This document shows, one piece after another, positions 28,425 to 39,285 of a DNA stretch of 64,000 bases. The translations under genes were made by a program, and so were the position numbers. The stretch's first letter is position 1; each line of letters begins with the position of its first letter. The notes under the pieces are model-generated. The model saw nothing but the letters and a program-made list of their open reading frames with translations, was not told where the DNA came from and made no database searches. Source of the DNA: Clostridia bacterium (lineage in GTDB: Bacteria > Bacillota > Clostridia > Christensenellales > UBA1242); assembly GCA_017467625.1 (NCBI GenBank), contig JAFUSN010000004.1, positions 403,963 to 467,962 of the forward strand, given 5' to 3'.

Positions 28425-29387
28425 ATGGAAATGGTAGAAGATATCACTGAAACAGTGACAGAAGAAATTATTATTAATGCACAACCGGAGTTTGTGCAAA
28501 ATTCAAATGAAGAAGTTTCGGCAAACTTTTTTGTTCTTTGTGAACAAAATGATGAGGGACTTGATAAAAACTTGTATGAATATAAACTTTTAGGAGTTCC
28601 AATGGTAAATTGGGTTCAAAGGGCGTGTCTCGCAAGACCGATGACGGTTAAAGTTCAAAAGAACGCAGATATAATTTCACTTGTTCGCCCATATGCAAAT
28701 TCAGCAGATTACACTGTTGTTTTGTTTGCAAACACTCCGCTTGTTTCGAGTGAACATATTAAGGACCTTCTTGCGTTTGTTCAAAGAAAAAATATGAATG
28801 CCATGAAGCTGAAAAAAGGATATGTTTTCAATAATGAATACATTTTGAGTGTTGATGAACTTTATTCTGCAGATACATACAATTTTTCAACTGATGACTT
28901 TTTTGAAGTTAATTCGCTTGCAGATTTTGAAGATGCTAAGTATATTCTCAATGAAAAACTTGTAAAATTTCATGCTGGAAATTCAGTTGAGTTTTTGGGG
29001 CTCAATCAAAATATTGATGCGGGTGTTCAAATTGGTTATGCTTCAAAAATTTGTAGTGGAGCAACTCTTGAAGGTAAAACAAGCCTTGGAGTTGAAAATA
29101 CAATTCGCTCGGCTGCAATTGTTGTTAATTCAAAACTTGGAGATAGTGTTGATGTTGGCGAAGGCTCAATCATTGTTAACAGCATTATTAAATCAGGTTC
29201 TAAAATTGGTGCTGGAAGCATAATTAAAAATTCAGTTATTGCACCTAATGCAAACATTGGAGAAGGAGCAAAAATTGCAGATAGTGCACTTTCAGAAAAT
29301 TTAATTGTTGGAAATTTTGTGGTTGTTACTGGAACTAAAGTTATTGAAAATTTAAATGATGGCGAGGTTTTAACTCGCAAAGTGTAG
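28425..29387 (+). CDS. GlmU-like protein: degenerate nucleotidyltransferase-like N-domain + left-handed beta-helix (hexapeptide) C-domain
   Basis: C-terminal imperfect hexapeptide repeats (IGxGxxI...); N-domain lacks the LAAGxGTRM signature; sits just upstream of pth as glmU does in the Bacillus gene order. Confidence 0.55.
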   Translation: MEMVEDITETVTEEIIINAQPEFVQNSNEEVSANFFVLCEQNDEGLDKNLYEYKLLGVPMVNWVQRACLARPMTVKVQKNADIISLVRPYANSADYTVVLFANTPLVSSEHIKDLLAFVQRKNMNAMKLKKGYVFNNEYILSVDELYSADTYNFSTDDFFEVNSLADFEDAKYILNEKLVKFHAGNSVEFLGLNQNIDAGVQIGYASKICSGATLEGKTSLGVENTIRSAAIVVNSKLGDSVDVGEGSIIVNSIIKSGSKIGAGSIIKNSVIAPNANIGEGAKIADSALSENLIVGNFVVVTGTKVIENLNDGEVLTRKV

Positions 29388-29393
29388 GCAAAA

Positions 29394-29954
29394 ATGAAAC
29401 TTATTGTTGGGCTTGGAAATATTGGTGAAGAATATTCAAAAACTGTGCATAATGCTGGGTTTATGGTTATTGATAGGCTTGCTGAAATGATTTCAGCAAA
29501 ATTTTCAAAACGCGGTTGTGATGCGGACTATGCAGAAGTCAATGTTTTTGGTGAAAAATTTATTTTGGCTAAACCAAGAACTTATATGAATGAAAGTGGT
29601 AGGTCTGTTAACAGTTTTTTGAAAAAATTTAAAATTGATTTAAGTGATGTTCTTGTGATAAATGATGATATTGATCTTGAACCTGGCAAAATTAGAATTA
29701 GAAAAGCGGGTTCAGCAGGAACTCACAATGGCCTTAAAAGCATTATTCGTGAAGTTGGCTCAGAAAATTTTGCACGAATAAGAGTTGGTGTTGGAAAACA
29801 AAAAGAACATCAAGATTTGGCTGATTTTGTGCTTTCAAAAATGTTTATGAGTGATGAGCAAAAAAGAGGGCTTGAAAATGCAACAATGGCTGTTTTTGAT
29901 TATGTTAATGGAAAAACCATTGATGATATTATGACTAAGTTTAATGGGGCATAA
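29394..29954 (+). CDS. pth: peptidyl-tRNA hydrolase
   Basis: MKLIVGLGNIG.EY..T.HNAGF, KPRTYMNESG, DDIDLEPG, GTHNGLKS. Confidence 0.95.
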   Translation: MKLIVGLGNIGEEYSKTVHNAGFMVIDRLAEMISAKFSKRGCDADYAEVNVFGEKFILAKPRTYMNESGRSVNSFLKKFKIDLSDVLVINDDIDLEPGKIRIRKAGSAGTHNGLKSIIREVGSENFARIRVGVGKQKEHQDLADFVLSKMFMSDEQKRGLENATMAVFDYVNGKTIDDIMTKFNGA

Positions 29955-32900
29955 ATGAAAGAAAATATTTTGAATTTTGAAACACTTGGAAAAGGTTATA
30001 AAGATTTGATTGAGCAGGTGAAAAATAATAACTCCTGCTCAATTTTTGGTGTGCAAAATTCTATGCGTCCTGCATTGGTTTCTTCATTTGGTAAAAAAAT
30101 ACTCTATTTAACAGCAGACAATTTGATTGCCAAAAACTATGATGAACAGTTTTCAATGATGGGCTTGAAAACAGTTAGATTTTCTTCAATTTCAGATAGT
30201 TTTATTTATAAAAAAGCAAGCTCAACCGAACTTTATGCTGAAAGAACAATTGCGCTTTATAAAATTTTAACCGGAAAATTTGATGTTGTGGTTATTCCAA
30301 TTCAAGCATTGTTTGATTTTTTACCATCAATTTCAGATTTTAAATCACACACCATCTCGCTTAAATCAGGAAAGGTGATTGAACCTGAAAAACTTGAAAT
30401 CATTTTAACAGAAGCGGGATATAAAAGAGAAGATCTTATTGCTGAACCGGGGCAGTTTTCACGAAGAGGTGATGTTTTTGATATTTTTCCAATTAATAGC
30501 ACAGAACCTTTTAGAATTGATTTTTTTGATACAGAAATTGAAAGTATTAAAATTTTTGATGTTTCAACACAGAGGGGAACAAAGGCTGTTAATGAAATTA
30601 AAATTTGCCCTTATTCAGACTTGTTTTTAACATCAGACGAAATTAACATGTTAATTTCAACATTAGAAAAGTTAAAGTTATCTACTTCCTCCAATGATGT
30701 TTCGCTTCAAACAATTTTTACAAGCCAAATTGATGAAATTATTTCAAGGCTTGAACTTAGAGATAGAAGTTACTGCTTGGATGTTCTTGCGCCTTATTTA
30801 AATGATTTTAGATCAACAATTTTTGACTATTTAAGTGCTTCTGGTTGTGACTATGTTACAGTGTTTGATGAGTGCAAACAGCTTTATGATTCAATTAAAA
30901 GTTATTCGCAAGAAGTTGGAGAAAGAATTCAAGAATTTAAGAATTCTAAAACTTTGATTTCGGGTGAAAAACCATGTTTCTTTTCAACAAAACAAGTTCT
31001 TGATTGTTTAAAGGAAAAGTGTTCAGTTGCATTTTTAAAAATTACCAATTCAAACAAATTTTTTGAGTCAAAGGCTGTTTTTAATTTTAAGACACTTCCT
31101 GGAAATAGATACACTCACAATTTAAAAGAGTTTTATGATGAACTTCGTGGATTTTTACTCAAAAAGTTTAGTGTTATTATTTTTGCTGGTGAAAAACAAA
31201 AAGCAGAAGAATTAAAAAAACAACTGAATTCACATGGTTTTGATTTAGACAATCAGATAGACTTAACAACGCATGGAATTTGTGTTCTTTCAAGTGGATA
31301 TCAAACTGGTTTTGTGCTTCCAGAAGAAAAAATTGTTGTAATTGGAACATATGATATTTTTGCGAAGCCAAGAAATGCAAACAAGTTAAAAGTTTCAAGA
31401 GATAATGTTTTTTCAGTTCCAAAAGTGGGTGATTATGTTGTTCATCACTATCACGGAATTGGACTTTGTGAGGGGGTTACAAAGCTCTCTGGAAACTTTG
31501 GAACGCAGGACTATGTTGTGATTCGCTATGCCGGTGGTGACACACTTTATGTTCCAACAAGCCATATGGATATGTTGGATCGTTTTTCCGGCGCAGAAAA
31601 ACCATCAAAGCTCAGCAAAATTGGTGGTCAGGACTTTTCTAATGTTAAAAACAAAGTTAAAGCTTCCATTAAAAAACTTGCAATAAATTTAATTGAACTA
31701 TATGCAAAGCGAGAAAAAACCAAGGGTTTTGCTTTTAGTGAGGATACTGATATTCAACGTGAATTTGATAATTCATTTCCTTTCACTGAAACTGAAGATC
31801 AACTTTCATCTAGTGAAGAAATTAAGCGTGATATGGAATCAAGCAAAGTTATGGATAGGCTTCTTTGTGGAGATGTTGGTGTGGAAAAACTGAGGTTGCA
31901 CTCCGCGCAGCCTTTAAAGCCATTGTTGATGGAAAACAAGTTGCATTTATTGCTCCTACAACGATTCTTTCTGAACAACATTACAACACTGCAAGATCAA
32001 GAATGATGAACTTTGGTGTTTCAGTGGAAGTTTTAAACAGGTTTAAAACACAAGCTGAAATTAAGAAAACTTTAAAGGGAATTTCAAGTGGAAAGGTTGA
32101 TTTGATTTGTGGAACACACCGAGTTTTTAGCAAAGATGTTGAATTTAAAAATTTGGGTTTAATTATTTTGGATGAAGAACAAAAATTTGGCGTTGAAGAC
32201 AAAGAAAAACTTAAAGTTAAATATCCAAATGTCGATGTTTTAACCCTTTCGGCGACTCCAATTCCAAGAACTCTTTCAATGTCTCTTTCTGGAATTCGTG
32301 ACATAAGCATAATTTCAACACCACCAAGCGAAAGAATGGGAGTTCAAACCTATGTTACAGATTTTAGTGATGCGCTTGTGCGTGACGCAATAAACAGGGA
32401 ACTATCACGAGATGGACAAGTTTTTGTTTTGTTTAACAGCGTTGAAAAAATTTATGCTTTTGCCGAAAAAATTAAAGCACTTGTTCCGGGGGCAAATGTT
32501 TTGGTTGCGCATGGCCAAATGAATTCAAAAACACTTGAAAATGTTATTTATGATTTTTATCACAAAAAGGGTGATATTTTGGTTTGCACAACCATTATTG
32601 AAAATGGAATTGATATTGAAAATGCAAATACATTAATTGTTTATGATAGCGATAAACTTGGACTTTCGCAGCTTTATCAAATTCGTGGAAGAGTTGGTAG
32701 AGGTTCAAAAATGGCATACGCATATTTCACATATCAAGGCCAAAAGATTCTTACGGAAGAAGCATATAAAAGGCTTGATGCGCTCAGTGAATTTTGTGAG
32801 TTTGGAAGTGGGTTTAAACTTGCAATGCGTGATTTAGAAATTCGTGGTGGTGGAAATATTTTTGGGGCAGAGCAAAGTGGGCATCTTCAAAAGATTGGAT

Positions 32901-33427
32901 ATGATATGTATGCAAAGCTTTTAGCCGACACTGTTAAAGAACTTATGGGTGAAAAAATAAGTGAAGAAAAAGATGTCGCGGTTAGAGTTGCTGTTGACAG
33001 TTATATTCCGGAGGAATATATTTCAACAAGTGAAGATAGGATGGTGGCGTATAAACGAATTTCTTCTGTTGAATCACTTGAAGATTGTCAAAAACTCACT
33101 CAGGAATTAAATTCAGTTTATGGAAAAGTTCCAAGTGTGGTTTCAAATTTAATTTCAGTTTCACTTGTTAGAAAACTTGCTGGAAAAATCAGTGCAATTG
33201 AAGTTCATTCCTACGGCGCAGAAGTGGATATTATTTTTGAAAAATCAACGGACATTACCAGCAATGAAGAAATTGCAGAGGCGATTTATAAGTTTAGAAT
33301 GAATTGCACAATTGATCTGTCATCAAAGCCAATGATTAAGTTTAAAAGTGAGAGACTTTGCTCTGAAAATTTTGAATTAGTTAAGAAATTTTTAATTAAG
33401 GCAACTGAAAAACTTGCCATTAAATAG
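29955..33427 (+). pseudogene. mfd: transcription-repair coupling factor Mfd, interrupted by a 1-nt frameshift in the Walker A motif (two ORFs, 29955..32006 and 31865..33427)
   Basis: Frame 1 reads ..MDRLLCGDVG then nonsense; frame 3 resumes GKTEVALRAAF..; downstream motifs DEEQKFG, SATPIPRTL, HGQM, TTIIENGIDI and QIRGRVGRG are all intact. Confidence 0.9.
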
Positions 33428-33480
33428 ACACTTTTGTTCAAATTTGCTTATAAAACTAGTTTATTTATTAAATAAAAGGG

Positions 33481-33509
33481 TTGATTTTTGGCAAAATTAT
33501 CGTTATAAT
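33481..33509 (+). promoter_or_regulatory. promoter TTGATT-17-TATAAT
   Basis: TTGATT 33481-33486; TATAAT 33504-33509; 27 nt before ATG 33537. Confidence 0.6.
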
Positions 33510-33536
33510 TTCAAATGATTATACTTGGAGAATACT

Positions 33537-35666
33537 ATGAAAAAGAAAATATTATCATTGCTTTGTGGAATTTTTATGGCTGTTTTCAGCATATTTTCAC
33601 TTGGCGCATGCTCAACAGTAAAAACTAACACAGAAGTTGTAAATCAAGAATCTGCACTTGTTATTGATGGAAAAACCGTGACGCGTGGTGAAATTATCAG
33701 TGCATTTTCAACGTACTATCAAAATAATTCATCTGCAATTTCATCTGGATACTATTCAAATGATGACATTGAAGATGGTTTTTATATGTGGCTCACGATT
33801 CGTGAAATTATTGCCCAAAAAGCAAAGGCTGGGCTTTATAACGCTGAAACAAATCCTGATGGATACCTTTTCTATACAGATGAAGAGGCAAAAGATGTTT
33901 GGAATTCTGTTCTTGAATATGTTTATTCAAGAGTAAGCACTTATGAAAAAACAATTTATGAATTTGCAGGATATGATGAAGACAATTATCCAGTTTGGAT
34001 TAAAGATGCTGAAGAGGATGAAGAGGTAACTTTGTTTGAATCTTATAAATCTTCTAAACCAGAAAATCCAAGTGCAGATAGAGCAAGTCGTTCAGTAAAT
34101 AAACTTACAGATGATGAAGTAAAAGCAAAACTTGCCGAAGTTAAAAAATATGTTTTTGAATATGTTTCAGAAACAGATGATGATGGCAATGAAGTTAGAC
34201 TGGATATTGATGAAACAGACTACATTAAGGGTGCTAGAGCACAAGCTTATTCAAAATGGATTGAGTCTCTTTCAACATCAGCTAAATCAACTGGAAAAAG
34301 TTTAGATGAAAAAACACTTGTTGAAAATCAGATTGTAGATATTTACAATGCATACTACAATTCAAAACTTTCAACACTTCTTCAAGAGTACTATAACAAT
34401 GAGAAAGTTTTAACATCTTCAGAAATCTCTTCAAAAGCAATTGTTGAAGCATATTTGAATGAATATTTCACTGATCTTCAAACTTATAAAATTGAAGATG
34501 GCTATATTTCTGTTATGAATTCTCAAGATGGCGCAAGTTTAGTTCTTTATCATTTCAATGGAAACAACTATTTCTTTACAGTTCAGCATATTTTGGTTTC
34601 ATATAACTCAAATCAAACTGACTACATTAAAACCTTAACTGGTTATCCAAGTGGAACATCTGTTGATTATGATGAGGAAATTGCATTAGAGTTTAGAACA
34701 AACAGAGAACTTTATACAGCAAGCGAAGAAACTGCTGGACAAATGTTAACTGAAATTAATGACGACCAAGTTGAAAAATTAACTTCAGTAATTGTTAAAG
34801 GTGATTATTATTTGCTTGGCGATGACGGAATTTATACTAAAGCAACTGAACAACCAGATGGCACTTATGTTGTTGATTCAACCACATATGAAAAAGAAGA
34901 TTTAGTTCATATGGCAACAAAACAAAACATTTTGGATTCATATGATGAAACTTTCGCAAGCTGGAAAACAATTGTTTCAAATTATTTGTCAGCAACTGGT
35001 GATGAAAAAACTGCAATTGTTGATGCTCATGAAGATATGGATTATATTTTTGAAGTTGCCGATAATTTGGCCACTGAAACCGATGCTTTAAATGAAAAAC
35101 TTGCATCTCTTTTGTTTGTTGAACTTGAATGGATTTATTCTGGTGATGGACTCAAAAATGAAATTTCAAACAAACTTGGTTATGTTGTTTCAAACTATCC
35201 AGATGAAAATGGCAACTTGGCAATGGAATTTGCTGTTGGTGCAAGGGCGTTAATGGCTGATATTGAAAATAGAATTATTGATATTGATGCAATTGTTGCA
35301 TCAGGGAATGTTTCCTCTTTAACAAAAACTGTTGTTTCACAATTTGGATATCACATTTTAAAAGTTGAAAATGTTTATGATGCCGGCTCAAGTTTAATTG
35401 ATATGTCAGGTTTAACAATTGACCTTGAAAATGAAGAATTTGTAAATGAAATGATTGAGAGAATGAAGTCAACTTATGTAAGCACTTCATCAAATGAAAC
35501 GGTTTATGATTATTTCTTCGATTCAGTTTACTCTTCATTAACAGGTTCATCTGGAACTTATTTTGTTAATGCAGAATACAATTGGCTCAATGAGTATTAT
35601 AACAGCGGAAAAATTGAATTTATTAATAAACTCTCATATTCGTCGCTTGTTAATGAAATTCAGTAG
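33537..35666 (+). CDS. large PrsA/SurA-like lipoprotein with split parvulin-type PPIase signature
   Basis: Lipobox LGAC; parvulin-like QHILV (near aa 350) and SQFGYHILKV (near aa 600) separated by about 250 aa; position after mfd matches clostridial prsA synteny. Confidence 0.6.
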   Translation: MKKKILSLLCGIFMAVFSIFSLGACSTVKTNTEVVNQESALVIDGKTVTRGEIISAFSTYYQNNSSAISSGYYSNDDIEDGFYMWLTIREIIAQKAKAGLYNAETNPDGYLFYTDEEAKDVWNSVLEYVYSRVSTYEKTIYEFAGYDEDNYPVWIKDAEEDEEVTLFESYKSSKPENPSADRASRSVNKLTDDEVKAKLAEVKKYVFEYVSETDDDGNEVRLDIDETDYIKGARAQAYSKWIESLSTSAKSTGKSLDEKTLVENQIVDIYNAYYNSKLSTLLQEYYNNEKVLTSSEISSKAIVEAYLNEYFTDLQTYKIEDGYISVMNSQDGASLVLYHFNGNNYFFTVQHILVSYNSNQTDYIKTLTGYPSGTSVDYDEEIALEFRTNRELYTASEETAGQMLTEINDDQVEKLTSVIVKGDYYLLGDDGIYTKATEQPDGTYVVDSTTYEKEDLVHMATKQNILDSYDETFASWKTIVSNYLSATGDEKTAIVDAHEDMDYIFEVADNLATETDALNEKLASLLFVELEWIYSGDGLKNEISNKLGYVVSNYPDENGNLAMEFAVGARALMADIENRIIDIDAIVASGNVSSLTKTVVSQFGYHILKVENVYDAGSSLIDMSGLTIDLENEEFVNEMIERMKSTYVSTSSNETVYDYFFDSVYSSLTGSSGTYFVNAEYNWLNEYYNSGKIEFINKLSYSSLVNEIQ

Positions 35667-35695
35667 ATTTAACATTAATTTCATAGGATTGGCAA

Positions 35696-37030
35696 ATGGC
35701 AAAAAATAACAATGAAATTGAATTAGAAAGGGAAGCAGTAGATGAACCTACTGCTGTTTCTTCTAGTGCTGATTTGTCAACAACAGAAAATAAACAAGAA
35801 ACAGAAGTTCAAGTTGAAAGTGAAAATTCTTTAGGCGCAGAAAAAGAGGGTATTGGTTTTTCTCAAGAAATCATTGATGAAAAAATGCAACAGGTTTTGG
35901 AAACACAAAACCCAAAAAAGAAGAAAAAAAGTATAATTGTCAACCTCATTTTGCTTGCAGTGAACCTGATTTTTATGTTTTTCACAGTGCGCAGTTTAAT
36001 AAATAAAGTTGGAGACCAAAGTTTTTCTGGAATTATTGAGAACCAAGGAAATAAACTTTGGTGGCTGGCTGGTGGCGTTGGAATTTATGTTTTGTATATT
36101 TTGGCACAAATGCTTATGTATGTTGTGCTTATTAAAGAATTTACAAAGAGAAATAGGCCATGGCTTGCCTATGATGTTGCGGTTGTTGGAAAGTATTACG
36201 ACAACATAACCCCATTTGCAGTTGGGGGGCAACCAATGCAAATTGTTAGGCTTACAAAAAATGATGTAACGCCTGGTGTTGCAACTAGCATTCCTATAAT
36301 CAAAATGATTATAAATAACGCTGTGAATGTTATTATTGGAATTGCATTCTTTATTTTTGGAATCCCTTTAATTTCAGGAACGAACTCACTTCACAGACTT
36401 TTAATTATCATTTTTGAAGTTTTGGGTGTAATTGGGCTTGTTATTTATGCAATTGCTGTTATTTTTATGTTTTTGCTTTCGAGTGGAAGAATGATAACCA
36501 GATCAACAATCAGTGGAATCTTGCGACTTGGTTACAAAATGAAGATTGTTAAAAATTACCGTAAAACATTCAAAAAGCTTATGAACCATGTTGCTGAATA
36601 TAAACTTTCAATGCACTACTTGTGGACGCATAAATTGCTTTTATTAAAAATGATTTTGCTTTCAGTTGTTGAATGCTTAACTTATGCAGTTATTCCATAT
36701 TTTGTGGTTATGGCGTTTGCGCCACCTCTTGAAGTTCAGCCAGTAGTATTTTTGTTTATGTGCATAACTGAGTATTACATTTGTCAGATGGCAAGTAACT
36801 TTATTCCACTTCCTGGTGGAACAGGAATTATTGAAATTGCATTCATATTCTTGTTTGGAATTGTGCTTAGCAACAGCGTTGTTGTGTGGGCACTGCTTGC
36901 GTGGAGATTCTTATCTTATTACATTATTATTATTCATGGATTTGTGCATGAAATAATTCAAATTATTCATAACTTTAGAGTAAATGGAAAAACAAATGAA
37001 AAAAAGTTAAAGAAAGAGAAGATTGAATAA
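35696..37030 (+). CDS. lysylphosphatidylglycerol-synthase TM-region (UPF0104, flippase-like) family membrane protein
   Basis: Polytopic; FAVGGQPMQIVRL motif typical of the family; acidic roughly 80-aa N-terminal tail. Confidence 0.6.
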   Translation: MAKNNNEIELEREAVDEPTAVSSSADLSTTENKQETEVQVESENSLGAEKEGIGFSQEIIDEKMQQVLETQNPKKKKKSIIVNLILLAVNLIFMFFTVRSLINKVGDQSFSGIIENQGNKLWWLAGGVGIYVLYILAQMLMYVVLIKEFTKRNRPWLAYDVAVVGKYYDNITPFAVGGQPMQIVRLTKNDVTPGVATSIPIIKMIINNAVNVIIGIAFFIFGIPLISGTNSLHRLLIIIFEVLGVIGLVIYAIAVIFMFLLSSGRMITRSTISGILRLGYKMKIVKNYRKTFKKLMNHVAEYKLSMHYLWTHKLLLLKMILLSVVECLTYAVIPYFVVMAFAPPLEVQPVVFLFMCITEYYICQMASNFIPLPGGTGIIEIAFIFLFGIVLSNSVVVWALLAWRFLSYYIIIIHGFVHEIIQIIHNFRVNGKTNEKKLKKEKIE

Positions 37031-37094
37031 ATCTTCTTTTTTTTGAATAAAAAATTTTCAAGTGTTAAAAATTTATGTAATGAAAGGGGGAATA

Positions 37095-37787
37095 ATGAAA
37101 ACTTTCTTACTTAAATTTAAACATTTTTTTAGAAGAAACATCTATCCAATAACTGTTGGGCTTTGTACAGTTTTGGTTTTGGGAATTATTGGAATTTCAG
37201 CTTATGGTGCAATAAAAAGTGAAAATGCAGCAATACAAACAAATAACATTGTTGAGCCAGCAAAAGAGGTTCCAGTTGAAGGTGATAAAGTTAATGATGA
37301 TTCAAACAACAAAGATGAACATGAGCCCAATAAAGATGATGAAGAAACAAATGTCACCAACTCACCAAGTGTAATTATTTTTGATTTGCCATTTAATGGT
37401 GCTGAAATAACTAAAGAATATGCTGATGACAAACTGCTTTACGACAAAACAACAAAACTTTGGTGCACTCATCAAGGGATTGACTTTGCGTGCAGTGCTG
37501 GAACTAAAGTTAAAGCAGTTTATGATGGAGTTGTGACAAAAGTTGAAAGTTCAATGATGAATGGCACAGTAATTTATCTTGATATCGGTGACGGGGTTAT
37601 TGTGGTTTATAAGGGGCTTTCAGCCGATGTGAAAGTGCAAGAAGGTGATAAGGTTAAAAAAGGCCAAGAACTCGGTGAAATTCAAGGGTTTTTAGCTGAG
37701 CAGGCTGATGGTGTGCATCTTCATTTAGAAATGTTCAAAAATGATAAAATTATTGATCCAACAGACTATTTTTCATTTAACAAATAA
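37095..37787 (+). CDS. M23-family (LytM-type) peptidoglycan endopeptidase, membrane anchored
   Basis: HQGIDFACSAGTKV (HxxxD) and GVHLHLEM (HxH) motifs; ATG 37095 behind AAGGGGG. Confidence 0.9.
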   Translation: MKTFLLKFKHFFRRNIYPITVGLCTVLVLGIIGISAYGAIKSENAAIQTNNIVEPAKEVPVEGDKVNDDSNNKDEHEPNKDDEETNVTNSPSVIIFDLPFNGAEITKEYADDKLLYDKTTKLWCTHQGIDFACSAGTKVKAVYDGVVTKVESSMMNGTVIYLDIGDGVIVVYKGLSADVKVQEGDKVKKGQELGEIQGFLAEQADGVHLHLEMFKNDKIIDPTDYFSFNK

Positions 37788-37811
37788 AAGGTGTCATCAC
37801 CTTTTATTTTT
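37786..37811 (+). terminator. intrinsic terminator
   Basis: aaaaggtg/cacctttt stem followed by T run. Confidence 0.8.
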
Positions 37812-37865
37812 GTTTGCCTTTTTTTTTAATTATTAATATAATAATTATGTATAGTGAGGCGAAAA

Positions 37866-39275
37866 ATGAATAAAACAAAAATTGTTTGTACAATTGGTCC
37901 AGCATGTTCGGATCTTGAAACATTAAAAAAGATGATGAAGGCAGGTATGGATGTTGCTAGGTTTAACATGAGCCATGGCACACATGAAAGCCATAAAAAA
38001 CTTATGGATCTTGTTAAACAAGCAAGGTTTGAACTTGGTCTTCCAGTTGCAATTATGCTTGATACTCGTGGTCCAGAAATTAGAATTAAACAATTTAAAG
38101 ATGGAAAGGTTGTTTTGAAACACGGACAAGCTTTTGCGCTCACAACTGAAAATGTTGTTGGAGATGAAACTATTGTTTCAGTTACATATAGCAAATTGCC
38201 AACAATTGTTAGAGAGGGAACACGAATCCTTTTGAATGATGGATTTATTGAGCTTGTTGTTGTTAAAGTTACTGAAACGGTGATTCATACAAAAGTTGTT
38301 AACGGTGGTGAACTTTCAAATAATAAATCAATAAATATTCCAAGTGTTGAACTCAATATGGATTATCTCAGCAAAAACGATAAAAGCGACCTTGAATTTG
38401 GAGTTCAAGAAGGTGTTGATTGTTATTCAATTTCATTTGTTAATTCAGCGGCTGATGTTGAATGTGTTAGAAAGTTTTTGAAGAGCAAGGGACTAAATGA
38501 TGCATTTATTATTTCAAAAATTGAATCAGCTAAAGGTGTTGAAAAAATGGAAGAAATTATTGCCGCATCTGATGGCGTTATGGTTGCTCGTGGAGATATG
38601 GGAGTTGAAATTCCATTTGAAAGACTTCCAAATGTTCAAAAAGAAATGATTGCAATTGCAAACAAACTTGGAAAATATTCCATAACAGCAACTCAAATGC
38701 TTGAGTCAATGATTGTTAATGCAAGACCAACAAGGGCGGAAATTTCTGATATCGCAAATGCCATTTATGATGGAACCTCTGCAATTATGCTCTCGGGTGA
38801 AACAAGCGCCGGGCAACACCCAATTTTGGCTGTTGAAACAATGCAAAAAATTGCAACAGAAACTGAAAAAACATTAGACAATAAAAAAGATTTCTTTAAA
38901 AATAATTTTGAGAGTAATGATGTAACTCAGGGAATTGGTTATGCAAGTTGCGCGCTTGCTTCAAGTTTAAATGCAAAGGCAATAATTGTGACAACAAACA
39001 CTGGAACGAGTGCTGAGGCAATTTCAAGGTTTAGACCAAATGCAGATATAATTGCTTTAACCCCTCATTACAATATATTTTTCAGACTTGGAATGCTTTG
39101 GGGTGTTTATCCAATTTTAGATAAAGTTTATTTTAACACTGACGAACTTGTTAAATCTGCAAAGGAAAAAGCAAAACAATTTAAATATGTTAAAACAGGT
39201 GATGTTGTTATTCAAACTGCTAGTGTTGTTACTGGGGAATCTGGTTCAAATATGTTGATAGTAACAAAAGTATAA
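37866..39275 (+). CDS. pyk: pyruvate kinase
   Basis: KIVCTIGPA, MLDTRGPEIR, MVARGDMGVEIP, MLSGETSAG. Confidence 0.95.
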   Translation: MNKTKIVCTIGPACSDLETLKKMMKAGMDVARFNMSHGTHESHKKLMDLVKQARFELGLPVAIMLDTRGPEIRIKQFKDGKVVLKHGQAFALTTENVVGDETIVSVTYSKLPTIVREGTRILLNDGFIELVVVKVTETVIHTKVVNGGELSNNKSINIPSVELNMDYLSKNDKSDLEFGVQEGVDCYSISFVNSAADVECVRKFLKSKGLNDAFIISKIESAKGVEKMEEIIAASDGVMVARGDMGVEIPFERLPNVQKEMIAIANKLGKYSITATQMLESMIVNARPTRAEISDIANAIYDGTSAIMLSGETSAGQHPILAVETMQKIATETEKTLDNKKDFFKNNFESNDVTQGIGYASCALASSLNAKAIIVTTNTGTSAEAISRFRPNADIIALTPHYNIFFRLGMLWGVYPILDKVYFNTDELVKSAKEKAKQFKYVKTGDVVIQTASVVTGESGSNMLIVTKV

Positions 39276-39285
39276 TAGGAGAAAT

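Noticed and set aside
31870-31895. Programmed -1 ribosomal frameshift at GGAAAAAC in mfd
   Set aside because: Slipping on the AAA codon would yield GDVGVEKT, destroying the invariant Walker A glycine. Only a one-base insertion between GDVG and GKT restores the motif. No downstream stimulatory structure is evident. An indel or pseudogene explanation is simpler.
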